Of a stretch of 64,000 nt of DNA, positions 22,281 through 36,416 are shown one piece after another. The notes beneath the pieces were generated by a model. The model was not told the DNA's origin. It saw only the letters and a list, made by a program, of their open reading frames with translations, and searched no databases. This stretch comes from Ginglymostoma cirratum (Eukaryota). The translations under genes were made by a program, and so were the position numbers. The stretch is taken from assembly GCA_024137785.1 (NCBI GenBank), contig JAHRHZ010000021.1:36801691-36865690 (forward strand), written 5' to 3'. Every line of letters starts with the position of its first letter. Position 1 is the stretch's first letter.

Positions 22281-24740
22281 AGTCATAGAGTTATACAGCA
22301 TGGAAACAGCCCCTTTGGTCCAACTTGACTGTGCTGACCAGACATCTCAACCTGACCTAGTCCCATTTACCAGCATTTGGTCCATATCCCTCTAAACCCT
22401 TCCTATTCATTCAAATGCCTTTTAAATGTTACAATTGTACCCGCCTCCCCCACTTCCTCTGGCCGCTTGTTCCATACGCGCACCACCCTCTGCATGAAAA
22501 CGTTTCCCCAAGGTCCCTTTTAAATCTTTCCCCTCTCACCTTAATCTTATGCCCTCTAGTTTTGGCCTCTCCTATTCTCAGAAAAAGGTCTTGGCTATCC
22601 ACCTAATCCACACCCCTCATAATTTTATAACCCTCTATAACGTTACTCTTCAGCCTCCAACATTCCAGGGAAAAAAGCCCCAGCCTATTGAGCCTCCCCC
22701 ATAACTCAAACCCTCTAATCCCAAGAACATCCTTGTAAATTTTTAAAGCTTTTCTGCACCCGCTCAAGTTTAACAACATCTTTGCTATTGAAGGGTGACC
22801 AGAATCGTACGCAGTATTCTAAAAGTGATTTCAACAATGACCTGTATAGCTACAACATGACATCCCAACTCTTTTACTCAATGCACTGACCAATGAAGGC
22901 AAGCATGCTAATGCCCTCCCTGCCACCCTGTCTACCCTGTGACTCCACTTTCAAGGACCTATGTATGTGCACCCCTAGGTCTCTTTGTTCGGCAACACTT
23001 CCCAGGGCCGTACCATTAACTGTATAAGTTCTGCCCTGGTTTGCCTTACCAAAATCAACATCACACATTTATCTAAATTTAACTCCATCTGTTTCTCCTC
23101 GGCCCATCTGATCAAGGTCCCATAGTACTCGGAGATAAACTTCTTCACCGTCCACTACACCACCTATTTTGGTGTCATCTGCAAACTTACTAATCAAACG
23201 TCCTATATTCACATCTAAATCATTTATATAAATTACGAAAAACAGTGGATTCAGCACTGATCCTGTGGCACACCACTGGTCACAGGCCTCCAGTCCGAAA
23301 AGCAACCCACCATCTTCAAGTGAATCTTGTATCTATTTGGCTGGGTCCCCTTTGATGCTATGTGATCCAACCTTGCTAAACAGTCTATTATGTGGAACCT
23401 TATCAAACACTTTGCTGAAGTTCATATCGGTAACATCTAATACTCTGTCTTCATCAATCTTCTTGGTCACCTTTTCAAAAAACTCATTCAAGTTTGTGAG
23501 ACAAAATTTCACACGCACAATGTCATGTTGACTATCCCTAATCAGTCCTTGCCTTTCTGAATGCATGTAAATCCTGTTTTTCAGAATCCATTCCAACATT
23601 TGCCCACCTCTGATGTCAGGCTCACTGTTCAAATTTCCCTGGATTTTCCTTACCACCTTACTCAAATAATGGCACCACATTAGCCAACCTCCAGTCTTCC
23701 AGCACCTCACCTGTGGCATTCAATGATACAAATATCTCAGCAAGGGGCCCAATTTCTTCCCATGATTGCCACAAAGTTCTGGGAAATACCTGATTAGGTT
23801 CTGGGGATTTATGTACTTTTATGCATTTTAAGACCTTCAACACCTCCTCTTCTGTTCTATAAACTCTTTTCATGACATCACTATTTATTTCCCCTAGTTC
23901 CCTCATTTCCATGTCCTTCTCTACAGTAAATACTGACGCAAAATATTCGTTTAGTACCTCACCCATTACCTGTGGTTCACAATTGATGGCCACGTTGATC
24001 TTTAGGGGGCATTATTGTCTCCCCAGTTACTCTTTTGCCCTTAATGTACTTGCAGAATCTCTTTGGATTCTCCTTAACTCTATTTGCCAAACGTATCTCA
24101 TACCCCCTTTATGCCCTCCTGCTTTCCCTCAAATATACTCCTACTGCCCTTATACTCTTCTGGGAATTCACTCTGTACCTGATTTATGCCTCCTTTTCCT
24201 TCACCAGATACTCCATTTCTCTAGTCTTCCAACTTCCCTACACCTACTAGACTTGCCCCTCACCTTAACAGAAACACACTGTCTCTAGCCTCTCATTATC
24301 TCATTTTTAAAGGCCTCCCATTTCCCAGCTGTCCCTTTACCTGCAAATAGCCTCCAATCAACGTTTGAAAATTCTTGTCTAATACCGTCAAAATTGGCCT
24401 TACTCTAATTTAGAACTTTAACTTTTTAATCAGTTCTATCCTTTTCCATAACTATTTAAAAACTAATAGAACTACGATCACTTGGCACAAAGTGCTCCCC
24501 CATGACACCCCAGTCACTTGCACTGCCTTATTTCCCAACAGAATGTCAAGTATTGCTCCTCCTTTTGTAGGTACATCCACACATTTAATTAATAAGAGAG
24601 TTTTCTTGTACATTCTTGTAACAAATTTCTCCCCATCCAAACCCTTAACACTATGACAGTCCCAGTCTATGTTTGGATTGTTAAAATTCCCTGGGATTAC
24701 AATCCTATCACTCTTACAGATATCTGATATCTCCTTACAT
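22281..24740 (-). mobile_element. CR1-clade LINE (HER1-like), 5'-truncated and degenerate
   Basis: ORF2 fragments WRLANVVPLF, CLTNLNEFFEKVT, DMNFSKVFDKVPH, FVIYINDLD, KFADDTKIGG; tail repeat agtcatagag. Confidence 0.9.
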
Positions 24741-25125
24741 CTGTTAAATGTAGACTGTGCATTTTCAGCTCAAGAAAACATTAAAAATGAGAAGAATAAA
24801 GTGTGAAAATGGAAATCAAATAAAAACTATCCACAATTTCACATCATGACAAGCAGAAATGCATTCCACAAAATGAGAACAATGTAGTGGTAGATAAGTT
24901 AAGGAGAGAGATACATGGATAGACAGTTAAAGGTATACTAAAAAGGTGGGTAAGCAGCAAAGGACAGAACTGAGACCAAACAACTAAGGAAATATCAAAC
25001 AGACAAACACAAAGGCAGATGTAAATACAAATAAGTTTTGGGAACATGCTGGAGATGGAAAACATTTTCTTGCCAGAAGTGAGGAATAACTGATAGACAA
25101 TAACTCATCTCTGTTCATTTCTTAC

Positions 25126-25418
25126 CCTCCTGCCAGCTTCATTATTCTGCAGGTTCATTAGTGTCCTGGCATGCTCCACTGAGCCTTTTAGGTAATTCTT
25201 CTCCCTTTCCCTGGCATCCACAAATTCTTTGGCAAACCTGTAACCGTATTCGGCATTGTCCCCACAACCTCCCCACAGCCAGTCCCGGGGAAGATCTTTG
25301 GGTCTGGCAGCACGACTGCACCCACAGGTTGAGAGCTCGCCCTCACGACATGCACGACTTATTGCATTTACTACACCAGCTGCTGAGATGGAATAGGTGA
25401 AGGCGGTCTCTCGGCTCC
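25126..25418 (-). CDS. wnt5b: Wnt-5b coding exon 3 (GSRETAFTY...NNEAGRR)
   Basis: 293 nt; acceptor cctatttcag|GG, donor AGG|gtaag; Wnt motifs WLWGGCGDN and [10 protein letters not shown]. Confidence 0.95.
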
Positions 25419-26066
25419 CTGAAATAGGAAAAAACAACTGTGGTCAATATGTATTTAATTATATGTACCAAATGCATTTCCACATTAGATTCCCTGGTTT
25501 CAAACAAGTTCATTAAATGTTTATGACAGTTAGGTATCGATATTCGTCTTCTTTTACCTCTGTAAGTGCATATGTTTAATCCTGGTCATGTTAATATTTT
25601 TCCCTTTTCTCTGAAAAATAATTTTGTGGATAACTTACAGAAGTGAAATTTTATCCACACATGATACTAAACAGAAAGGACCTGATTTAACTGAGTAAAT
25701 GGGTGTGTTTTGAATGAGTTAAAATGGGGTCCTGAATGTTATCAGGCTATTAAAATTGGAGTGCATTGATGATCTGACCTCATTTCTAACAAGATATACT
25801 TTCCAGCAAGGGTGACTCAATAGTGATCAGGTTTGGGATTCAAATACTTTCCCTTCTATGTACACAAAAGTCTATTACTGTGTCGCATTACTGGTCTAGC
25901 TTGGAGCAGCTAATTCAGCAGCAAAGAATCAGACAGTATCCAATACTATCGATGGAGCTATTTTATCTTTGCACATTTTCAGTAAATACACAGATAACTG
26001 AACTTACACTTGTATACTCGTAGATGTTGGACAGAAATGGATAGTTTGTTATGTCAGTTCTGATAT

Positions 26067-28174
26067 TTCAGTGACTGTAACGAGGTTAGTCAGGTGGATC
26101 TTATAGAATATGCATTCCCCGATTAGGGCAGTTAATCTGTTCCAATCAGGGAGCCCTGGCTGACGGATATGAACAGGAATGTTCTCTGAGAACTGGCTCT
26201 GAGGGAGCTGGAGCAGTGTCAAGGACTCTCCACATGTAAATAAAGGGTGACTTGGTAATGGGAAACTGGCCTCTCTGGAGTTATGTCAATGTCAACGAGA
26301 GTGGGATTCTAGGTCAGCCCACAGCAAAAGCCCAAAACAAAGCCAATACCTTTTCAGACATAAATTTGTGGTAATAACAGACTACAAACTCCTGCTAGGT
26401 CTACTTAAAGAGGACAAAGCAGTGCTGCCCATAGCTTCAGGCTGAATTCAGCATTGGGTTCTAATACTAAGTCTATATAATTACAAGTTGGATCACCGTT
26501 CAGGAGGCCAAGCAGAAATGCGAATGCACTGAGCTGCCTCCCACTGGCGGATACACTACCCACAGACAATATCAGACATTGGCCGCAGTAAGATCCAGTC
26601 CTGGCAAAACTGAAACAGCTGGTGGTGATGGGGAAAACCAAAGGACCATCACAACCAGAACTGAAACCTTTTTGGACTCTGAGAGACCAGATCACAGCAG
26701 AGGCTGTTGTATTATTACAGTGAGCAAGAATGATTGTGGCTGAACTCCACCAGGGTCATCCAGGGGTTTCCAAAGTGAAGACGTTGGTGAGAAGCTATGT
26801 CTGGTGACCAGGACTGGTCACTTCAGGACCAGGACTGAAGTGGTGAGGCAGTGGCCAAAGTGCCAACAAGGACAAAAATCTGCACCACACTCATGGGAAT
26901 GGCTGGGTAAAGGCTGGACTCGGTTAAATGACGACAATGCAGGTCCTTTCATGGGCTCAATGTTCTAAGACATTGTGGACACCCACACAAAGTGACTGGA
27001 TGTGCACAGAATTCATTTGTAAAACACAGAGACGACAATAGAAAAATTGCACACATCTTTTGCAATACCTAGACTCCCAGCAGTATTGGTTTCAGATAAA
27101 GGGCTATTATTTACCAGCAGGGTTTCTGAGTATTTCCGAAAGCCAAACAGTATTCAACATATAAGGACAGCTCCATACCTTCCATCATTCAATGGTCTGG
27201 CAGAAACAGCAGTGCAAACTTTGAAGACAGACTTAAAGAAACAGCCTACAGTTTCAATAGATACCAAACTGTTCCATTTGCTATTTGATTATGGGACCGC
27301 TCCTCGTGCAATTACAGGGATAGCTCCAACAGAGTTATTATGGGGAGAAGATGCTGCACCAGATTTAATCTGATCTTCCTGGACCTCAGCGGTGGGTGAA
27401 ACGGCATCACGAACACCAATGCCAGACACAAGACTCTGCTAACCGAGAGCAACAGTTTACTTCAGGGGCCAAGATTTGAAGTAGGAACCATGGGAATGGC
27501 TCTGCATGGGTAAGAGGCATGGTCGACATGAGATCAGGTCCAGTGACATGTAAAGTTCAGATGGGTGCAATAGTCCTGAACAAGCACATGGACCATATGA
27601 AAGCTGCAAACTCACATACAATGCAGGAGCAAAATATTCCCAACTCCTCAACAGCCTTTCTGACTGCTCCAGAACCTGTGGGTTCTCTCTCTGTCAAGCA
27701 TTGAAGATACCTTGGAATCTGTGGGCACAGCAGATGGGGCCACCTCAGTGCCTTTACCACCTGAAGAAGAGAATGAATTGCTTCTGAAACGCTCCTGATG
27801 CAAGAGACAAGCCACTGTGTGTTATAAAGCACCTGTATCCGAGCAGAGTTGGAGGGAACCTGACCTGGTGCCGGAGGGGCAGAAGGAGCTACAAAAAATA
27901 AAGAACCAGCCTATGTCCTCAGACTTACAGGGAAAGGGATGTAGTGATTGTAATGAGTTCAGCCAGGTAGATCTCATAGAATATCAGTTCCCTGATTGGA
28001 ACAGGTTAGCAGCCCCAATCAGGGAGCCCTGGCTGACAGACAGGAACAGGAGTGTCAGACATCCTGTTCTCTCTGAGAGCTGCCTCTAAGGGAGCTGGAT
28101 CAGTGTCAAGGACTCTCCATATGTAAATAAAGGGTGATTTGGTGAGGGATACCGGCCTCTGTGGAGTTATCTTA
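26067..28174 (+). mobile_element. Internally deleted Ty3/Gypsy LTR retrotransposon
   Basis: Diverged direct LTRs ~26067-26288 and 27940-28174; purine tract agggaaaggga before the 3' LTR; integrase remnants ELHQGHPG and LVSDKG...APYLPSFNGLAETAVQTLK; no gag or RT visible. Confidence 0.85.
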
Positions 28175-28789
28175 GATGGTTATCATGATTCCAGCATAGC
28201 CTAAATGTGACAGCTTTTCTGTAACACAGCAAAGTCACCACGTCAATAAAGACAAGTCTGATGCAAAGCAACATTACTCAAACTGATAAAGACCAGGTCT
28301 TACAGATATGTCCAAATATAATTTTATAAAACTTGCATAAACTGCAAGGAAATGGCTAGTAACTTAAGTATATCTCATTATTTGTACAGGAAAACATGTA
28401 TTTTGACATCTCACGTAGTATATTGCTTTAGATGTAAACATTTCCATATTATTTTTTCTAAAAACCTTCACTTTTTTAGTTATTTTCATTTGGACATAAC
28501 AGATAACATGTGCATATTTTAAGAAGAGTGGACCATGACCTGACTATTATTTCTCAATCATTGCCTTCAAGATAGGTCTGTGGGGCCTTGTCTGCCATAT
28601 CTGTATTTAGTGCAACATGGGCTGCATTCGAAAAATGAATTGGCTATGATGCACTTCAGGACTCTTGATATACAATTGTACGTTGTCATCCTATTGTTAA
28701 ATTTTGATAGTTAAATTAGAGAATTCTGATAAATTACCCATTTCTTAAAACATAGTATTAACAAGGTAAACAACAATTTTTAAAAAATT

Positions 28790-29200
28790 GAATTTATTTA
28801 GCACCTTTTAACATAATAGTGGAATGTGCAAGATAGGTGGGTTTGTCATGGGAAATGCAAGGTTACAGGGATAGGGTAGAGAGTCTGGGTGGGATGCTCT
28901 TCGGAGGGGCAGTTTGAACTTAATGGGCTGAACGGCTGTTTCCACACTGTAGGGATTCTGTGATTCTGTGATAAAATTTCACAAGGCGCTTCACTGGAGA
29001 AATATAAAACAAAATGTGACTTTGAACCACAAACGCAGCAGAATTTTGGATGATCTCAAGTTTACACAGGGTAGAATGTGGGAGACCAGCCAGGAATGCA
29101 TTGGAATAGTCAAGTCTAGACATAACGATGGCATGAATGAGGGTTTCAGCAGCAGATGAACTGAGACAGGTCAAAATCAGGTAATATTATGCAGGTGGAA
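28790..29200 (-). mobile_element. L2 LINE 3' fragment, interrupted by a plus-strand SINE/CR1 tail (~28818-28970)
   Basis: AAETLIHAIVMSRLDYSNAFLAGLP...IQNSAA; the inserted piece ends in (gattctgt)n. Confidence 0.7.
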
Positions 29201-29639
29201 AAAGGAATTATTTAATGCAATGATAATAGCAATTGAGATTTATGAGTATTATTGAAATGTTAATGTGTTTGGGGGTCAGTTTGAAAAATATCAGAAGCAA
29301 TTGATTAACAATGAATTTTAAAAAGGCATTAAATAGTTAATGACATTCACTAAAGAGACAGCACATTACACAAAGCAACAAGTAGTCATCTAATAATTAC
29401 TGAATGAAATGCAATGTTTGACACTGTTAGTATCTTAATATGAAATTAAAAAAGGAAACATTTCTTTAGTTAGAAAAGTGAAAATTCCTGAAGAATCAGT
29501 CTTACACAGCTTCACAAAACAGGAACAAAAGTTAAAAAGTTGACAAAATGGATTGAAAAAATTTTGCTCCTATGGTTTAAGGTTGGGATGAGAGGAAGAT
29601 GAATTCTTATTTACATATTATTTATTTCAGGAAAGAATT

Positions 29640-30020
29640 GGTTCTCTTTCGAAATAAGAAAGAGACCTAATTGAGGTGTTGATAATTTTGAAAAGTTTTA
29701 ATGGAGTGGATACGGAGAGAATGTTTTCTTGTGTGGGACAGGGTATGTCTAGGGACCATGAATAGAAGATAGCTACCTAGAAAGCCAATAGAAAGTTCAT
29801 AGTTCTTTACTCAAAGAGTGGTAAGAATGTGGAACTTGCTGCCACAGGGTGTGATTTAAATGAATAGTGCATTTAACGGAAATCTGGAGAACCAGAAGGA
29901 ATAGACTGTTTCAAAAGGTGCATTTAGATATGAAGAGTGAGACAACTGTCTTGGAGCTTAAACTCTGGAAATAATTAATTGGCCCAAAAAGGCCTGTTCC
30001 TGCACCGCATCTCCAATGCA
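29640..30020 (+). mobile_element. CR1 3' fragment
   Basis: RDLIEV...FTQRVVRMWNLLPQ followed by ggcccaaaaaggcctgttcc. Confidence 0.6.
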
Positions 30021-30469
30021 ATCCTACGTAATCATTTGTTCTGATTGCAAATGTGGGTATAGTTTGAAATATTTTAACTTAATCCAGGGGTTCTCAAACT
30101 ATGGTCATGAGTCGCAGGACAAAATGGTGGGGTTGTAAGGTCCAGGACCACAGTGGCAGCCATGGGACAACGGGCAATTTGGATTAATCTACAACAGCTC
30201 AGTGTGCCCGGCAGCAAGATGCTGCCTGTTTATCATGGGATCTGCAGAAGTTTAATCCAGCAATAATCTGCATATAGCCATGGGAGGAATGTGGCATTGA
30301 TGTTTCTGATATGGGAATTTTATATTGCAGGTTAAATTCAAACTGAGTTCTCACACTAATTTTCATTCACAAGTGCATAATAAGTTCAATAATAGACCCC
30401 AGATTGTTCAAAGGTACTGTCCTCTGCCAAATATAACCATGTGTCAATTAATATATCGTTCCACTGGAA

Positions 30470-31022
30470 GGAACTCCTCCCCCCATCTACTCTCACGACA
30501 CCCCCAGGTACCCACCCTAATCTCCCACAAAAAACCCTCCCCTCCCCCAGTATCCACCCAACTCTGATAACCCCCCACTAACCATCCACTCGCACAAACC
30601 CCCAGTGGCACCTGACCTATTTTCTCACAAATCTAACCACACCCTCGCCACTCCCACAACAACCCTCAGCAGGCATCCACCCAAAACTCACAACCAACCC
30701 CCACCCCCCAACCTCCCCCACTCTCAAACCCTCCAACCCTCCCCAATCTCAATCTCCCACTCTCCCCCTCCCCCCCCACAACCCCCACATCCTCCCCCAC
30801 ATACAACTCCCCCCACACCCTCACTCTCACCCACCCCCACACCCTCCCCTCACTCTCAACCTAACAACCCTCTCCTGCTCTCATCCCCCCTCCACTTTCA
30901 CTCCCTATACCCTCTCCCAGTCTCACCACCCAACCTTCCCTCTCTTACATCCCTCTCCCTCCTTCCAACACCCTCCCCCACCTTCACAACCCCTCAGCCT
31001 CATCGAGCCCCCCCCCCCCCCC
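30470..31022. repeat. C-rich low-complexity tract (G-rich on the wnt5b sense strand)
   Basis: About 550 nt with many C3-C7 runs, ending in a long poly-C; very few G on the plus strand. Confidence 0.85.
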
Positions 31023-32047
31023 AAGACTGTGCCTGAAATAAATCGTGAAACAAGATTATGCACAGTGTTTCCAAGCATTTAGTTCACAAGCCCTAGAAAA
31101 GTGGAAAGAACGGAGGCAGACACTTGTTAAATGTGGTGATCTCCAATTCGGTAAACCATAAACACTTCACCATATCCCAATGTAACGACATGTGTGTCCT
31201 CCCCAACAGCAGTGTCCAGGCTTTAGGTTTCACCCTGAGCTGCTTCATCAATTTCAGTCATAGCTGGTTGGCCATTGCCTCCCACTCTCATGGATAAGGT
31301 ACTTCCCAAGTCGACTTCAGCTGTTTTTGGAATCAAATCTGTGTTATTGGTATATTTCTGAATCCAGGTAGCTGGTCAACCGAGCTGATTAGGTCCACAT
31401 CAAAAACAACAGCTGGAAGGGATGGTTACGCCATGCTGACATTATGCACTTGAGCTGCTGGCTCTGTTATCACTAACAGTGACTTGTAAATTCCAACAAC
31501 AAACTGTTATGAACTAGGATCCATCAACATCACTCCAAGAGGTCAGAAATAAAAACAATAATGGTCACTGTCCTCTGACAAACCTACCTGGTGATACTTG
31601 TAGAATACAACTTGAGTTCCTTTTTTAAGTCAAAGAAGCATTTTCCTCACGTACTTCATGGAGACTGATGAAACTCAAGCAGCTAATAAAAATTAGTCTC
31701 CAGTGTCATTTCAACATCACATTAAACCATCACTTTGTATTTTAAATAGCCAAATTGTAAAAGTGGACATTTTCAGTAAATGCGTGATATTGGTCCAATT
31801 TGTCTATCCAGGTGAAACTGCGAGTGTATGAGAGCTCTGATTTATTTGAAAGATGTAAACTAACTGTTTTTGGAGGGTGCCATTATGTTGTGCCTTCAAA
31901 TTCTGTTCCTAGGAACCATGGAGGAATCTGACCAAGTGTGATGGCTCCAGCCCCAGCACAGCATACAGATCTGACTCGCCTCCAGCTGTGGCTAAGTACT
32001 CAGTCAAAGCAGCAAAAGACTGTCTGAACAATTTGACAATACACCTT

Positions 32048-34740
32048 AGTCATCGAGTTATAGAGTCATAGGGTTATACATCACGGAAACAGACCCTTCG
32101 GTCCACCTTGTTCATGCCGACCAGATATCCGAAATAAATCTAGTCCCATTTGCCAACATTCAGCCCATATCCCTTTAAACCCTTCCGATTCATATATAAT
32201 CCAGATGCCTTTTAAATGTTGTAATTGTACCAGCTTCTACCACTTCCTCTGATTCCATACACGCAACACCCTCTGCATGAAAAAGTTGCCCCAAGGTCCC
32301 TTTTAAATCTCTCCCCTCTCACCTCAAACCTATGCCATCTAGTTTTGGAATCTGCTACTCTGGGAAAAGGCCTTAACTATTCACCCTATCTACACCCCTC
32401 ATGATTTTATAAACTGCTATAAGGTCACCCCTCAGCCTCCATCACTTCAGGGAATATAGCCCAAGTCTATTCCGCCTCTCCCTAAAGTTCAGGCCCTCCA
32501 ACCCTGACAACATCCTAGTAAATCTTTTCTGAACCCTTTCAAGTTTCACAACATCCTTCCTATAGCAGGGAGACCAGAATTGCATGCAGCATTCCAATAG
32601 TGGCCAAATCAATGTCCTGTACAGCTGCAACAATGACCTCCCAATTCCTATACATCATGCACTAACCAATAAAGGCAAGCATATCAAGCACGTTCTTCAC
32701 TATCCTATCTACCTGTGACTCCACTTTCAAGGAACTATGAACCTGCACTCCAAGGTCTCTTTGTTCAGCAACACTCACCAGGACCTTAACCATGAGGTGT
32801 ATAAGTCCTGCCCCAATTTGCCTTACCAAAATGCAGCGCCTCACATTTATCTAAATCAAACTCCATCTGTCACTCCTTAGCCCATTGACCCATCTGATCA
32901 AGATCTCGTTGTACTATGAGGTAGCCTTCTTCGCTGTCCACTACACCTCCAATTTTGGTGTCATCTGCAAACTTACTAACCATACTTCCTATGTTCATAT
33001 CCAAATCATTTATATAAATGACGAAAAGCAGCAGACCCAGCACAAATCCTTGCAGCACACCGGTGGTCACAGGCCTCCAGTCTGAAAAGCAATCCTCCGC
33101 CATCACCCTCTGTCTTCTACCTTCGAGCTAGTTCTGTATCCAAGTAGCTAATTCTCCCTCTATTCCATGTGATTGAACTTTGCTAATCAGTCTACCATGA
33201 CGAACCTTGTCGAATGCCTACTGAAGTCTATATAGATCGTGTCCACCACGCTGCCCTCATCAATCCTCTTTGTTACTTCTTCAAAAAACTCAATCAAGTT
33301 CATAAGACATGATTTCCCACACACAGAGCCATGTTGAATGTCCTTAATGAGTCCTTGTCTTTCCAAATACATATAAGTCCTGCCCATCAGGATTCCCTCC
33401 AACAACTTGCCCACCACCAAGGTCAGGCCCACCAGTCTACGGTTCCTTGGCTTTTCCTTACCACCTTTCTTAAATAGTGGCACCATGTTAGCCAATCTCC
33501 AATCTTCTGGCATGTTTTCGGTGGCTATCGATGATGCAAATATCTCAGCAAGGGGCCCAGCAATCTCCTCCCTTGCTTCCCACAGAGTTCTAGGGTACCC
33601 CTGATCAGGTCTGGGTATTTATTCACATTTACGCATTTGAAGACATCCTGCACCTTCTCCTCTGTAATGTGGACTCTTTCCAAGATGTCACTATTTATTT
33701 CCCCACATTTTATATGTTCCATATCCTTCTCCACAATAAACACTGATGCAAAATATTCATTTACTACCTCCCCCATCTCCTGCGGATCCACACATAGGCG
33801 ATCTTGGTGATCTTTAAGGGGCCCTATTCTCTCTCTAGTTACCCTTTTGTCCTTAATGTATTTACAGAATCCCTTTGGATTCTCCTTAACCCTATTTGCC
33901 AAAGCTATCTCGTCCAAATTTTGCCCTCCTGATTTCCCTCTTAAGTGTACTCCTACTGCTTTTAAACTCTTCTAGGAAATCACTGGATTTCTGCTGTCTA
34001 TACTTGACATACAATTCCTTATTCTTGACAAAAATCTCAACTTCTCTAGTCATCCAGCATTCCCTGCACCTACCAGCCTTGCCCTTACCCTAACAGGAAC
34101 ATACTGTCTCTGGACTCTCATTATCTCATTTTTGAAGGCTTCCCATTTTCCAGCCATCCTTTTACCTACGAACTTCTGCCCCCAATCAACTTTTGAAATT
34201 TGTAGCCTAATACCATAAAAATTGGCCTTATTCCAATTTGGAACTTTAACTTTTAGATCAGGTCTATCCTTTTCCATCACTATTTTAAATCTAATCGAAT
34301 TATGCTCACTGGCCGCAAAGATCTCCCCCATTGATGCCTCAGTCACGTGCCCTGCCTTATTTCGCCAGAGTAGGTCAAGTTTTGCACCTTCTCTAGTAGG
34401 GATATCAACATACTGAATCAGAAAATTTTCTTAACAAATTAACAAATTCCTCTCTATCCAAGCCTTTAACACTATGGCAGTCCCAGTCTATGTTCGGAAA
34501 GTTAAAATCCCCTACCATAACGACCCTATTATTCTTACGGATAACTGTTACCCCCTTACAAATTTGTTTCTGAATTTCACGCTGACTGTTGAGGGTCTAT
34601 AGTACAATCCCAATAAGGTGATCATCCTTTTCTTATTTCTCAGTCCCACCCAAATAACTTCCCTGGACGTATTTCCAGAAATATCCTTCCTAAATATAGT
34701 CGTAATGTTATCCCTAATCAAAAACGTCACTCCCCCTCCT
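32048..34740 (-). mobile_element. CR1-clade LINE (same family as 22281-24740), 5'-truncated and degenerate
   Basis: GLYYRP and SEHN (APE), PEDWRLANMVPLFKKG, GVLQGFVLGLLLFVIYINDLD, KFADDTK, LYRTLIWPLLECC; (agtcatag)n tail. Confidence 0.9.
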
Positions 34741-35196
34741 TAAACTGTCTCTGGGTGAATTTTCCTGACAAAGATTTGAAATGAAACACATTTACGAAAG
34801 CAATGGACCTTTCTACTATTCCTTTCCCCAAAACATCCTGTCAAACGATCTACAGGATGGAAACGACTGAAAGTTTCCCAATCCATCTGCTGTGCATATG
34901 GAACTCGTCTCCATCTTCTGTCTGCTCCCTAACACTGGATTGTAAAACATCCATATAGTCCCGGATTTCTCCAGCCCTTGTCACTGGATAATTGAATTTC
35001 AAAAAGCCAGGGACAATGCATCGAGGCGACACCTTCCGATAACGCGCCAGCAACAAGGTCTAATGATCGCTGAGAAAAGCCTTCGGCTGCAGTTTTGTTA
35101 AAAGGGGCCGAACACAGCGGATCTCACACTTGTGTGCTAAACTTTTGTTTCATTGAAGCATCTTTTTTTGTTATGTAGCAAAGTGGAAAGTCTCAC

Positions 35197-35444
35197 CTAT
35201 CTGCATGACCCTTCCAAACACAGAGGTGTTATCCACAGTGCTGCAGTTCCACCGCCTCTGTCTGAACTGATATTGGCATTCCTTAATGCCCGTCTTTGCC
35301 CCCTCTCCAATATAAATCATATGATCCTGATATAACTGGCACAACTTCCTCTGGCCTTGCGACAGACCATTCAGTTGACTGCACAGAGGTTGGGCGCCTA
35401 TAATGTACATCTCAGGCCGTTGGATGGGGTTCATGGCCAGCGAC
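35197..35444 (-). CDS. wnt5b: Wnt-5b coding exon 2 ([21 protein letters not shown]...FGRVMQIG)
   Basis: 248 nt; acceptor ttgttatag|G, donor ATAG|gtgaga. [15 protein letters not shown] and FRQRRW match Wnt5b rather than Wnt5a (NNPVQMSEV, KKLCHLY, FRHRRW). Confidence 0.95.
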
Positions 35445-35629
35445 CTATAACAAAAGTAAGAAAAACGCAAATCATTCGGGCACAGTGGAGAGATGAGACA
35501 TGTATTTCAGTTTCTGCTTTGATTTTCCTCGCGTGTTGCAGTATTTACCAAAAGACCCAGCGATTTGTCAGCCCTAATGCTTTTTTTAAACAGTTAGAAG
35601 CGGGATAAAAAAATCCCACGAGTATTAGA

Positions 35630-35790
35630 AATCTGAAATGAAATCAACAAATGCTGGAGATGGTTGGTAGTACCTGCAGAATTAGTAGAGAAACAGAGTT
35701 AATAATGAAAGGTTATTGACCTGAGAAGTTAACTCTCTCTCTCTCTCGCTCAGATACTTCCTAACATGCTGAGGATTTCCAGCATTTTCA
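35630..35790. mobile_element. Old inverted pair of Penelope-type terminal-repeat fragments
   Basis: aaatgctggaga...gaaacagagttaa followed by gaaaggttattgacctgagaagttaactct...tgctgaggatttccagcattt. Confidence 0.45.
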
Positions 35791-36416
35791 GTACTCTACA
35801 AGCAGAATACAGTTAACTCCGCAACATCAGCTCCACGCCTAAAGCTCATGGGCTTCGGAGAATTCCGCGTTTATTCAAGCAGCCATTCGTCTATTTTAAA
35901 TAAGCTTGAAAAACAATATAAAAAACATTTTCCAGATTCATCAAAAAATTGCAAGGTTCAGGTCATTTCCAGTGAACCCTGTATTATTATGGTGTGAGAG
36001 ACTGCATACAGATGCTTGTCGACCTACGTCTGTGGGAGAATACACATTGTGTTTAAAAAACTCACACATCAGCGTATCTACCAGCGTGCAGTAAATGTTC
36101 ATCTGAAACACACACAGGCGATATCGCCCAATGGTGTGAAACAATGAAAAATTACAGCAGTTTCCTGAAGTTTGCTTCTCATCTTCAATTCCGCCTCATT
36201 TTTTCAACATGCACACGCTAATCGAACTCCGCAGCACAGAATATCTATCCAAATTTCACAGTGCTGTGCACTTTTTAAAATTTATACTGACTTAACCCTC
36301 CATCCTTGAATGCAAGCAAGAATCGCCAAACCCCGACAGCGAGGTTCCAGACCATTGCGAACCCTCCCTGACTCGACGGTAAATTAAACAGCTTTTCCTA
36401 TCACAAAGTCACTTAC

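Noticed and set aside
30605-31036. 143-aa Pro/Ser/His-rich ORF
   Set aside because: By-product of the C-rich low-complexity tract; no splice or homology support.
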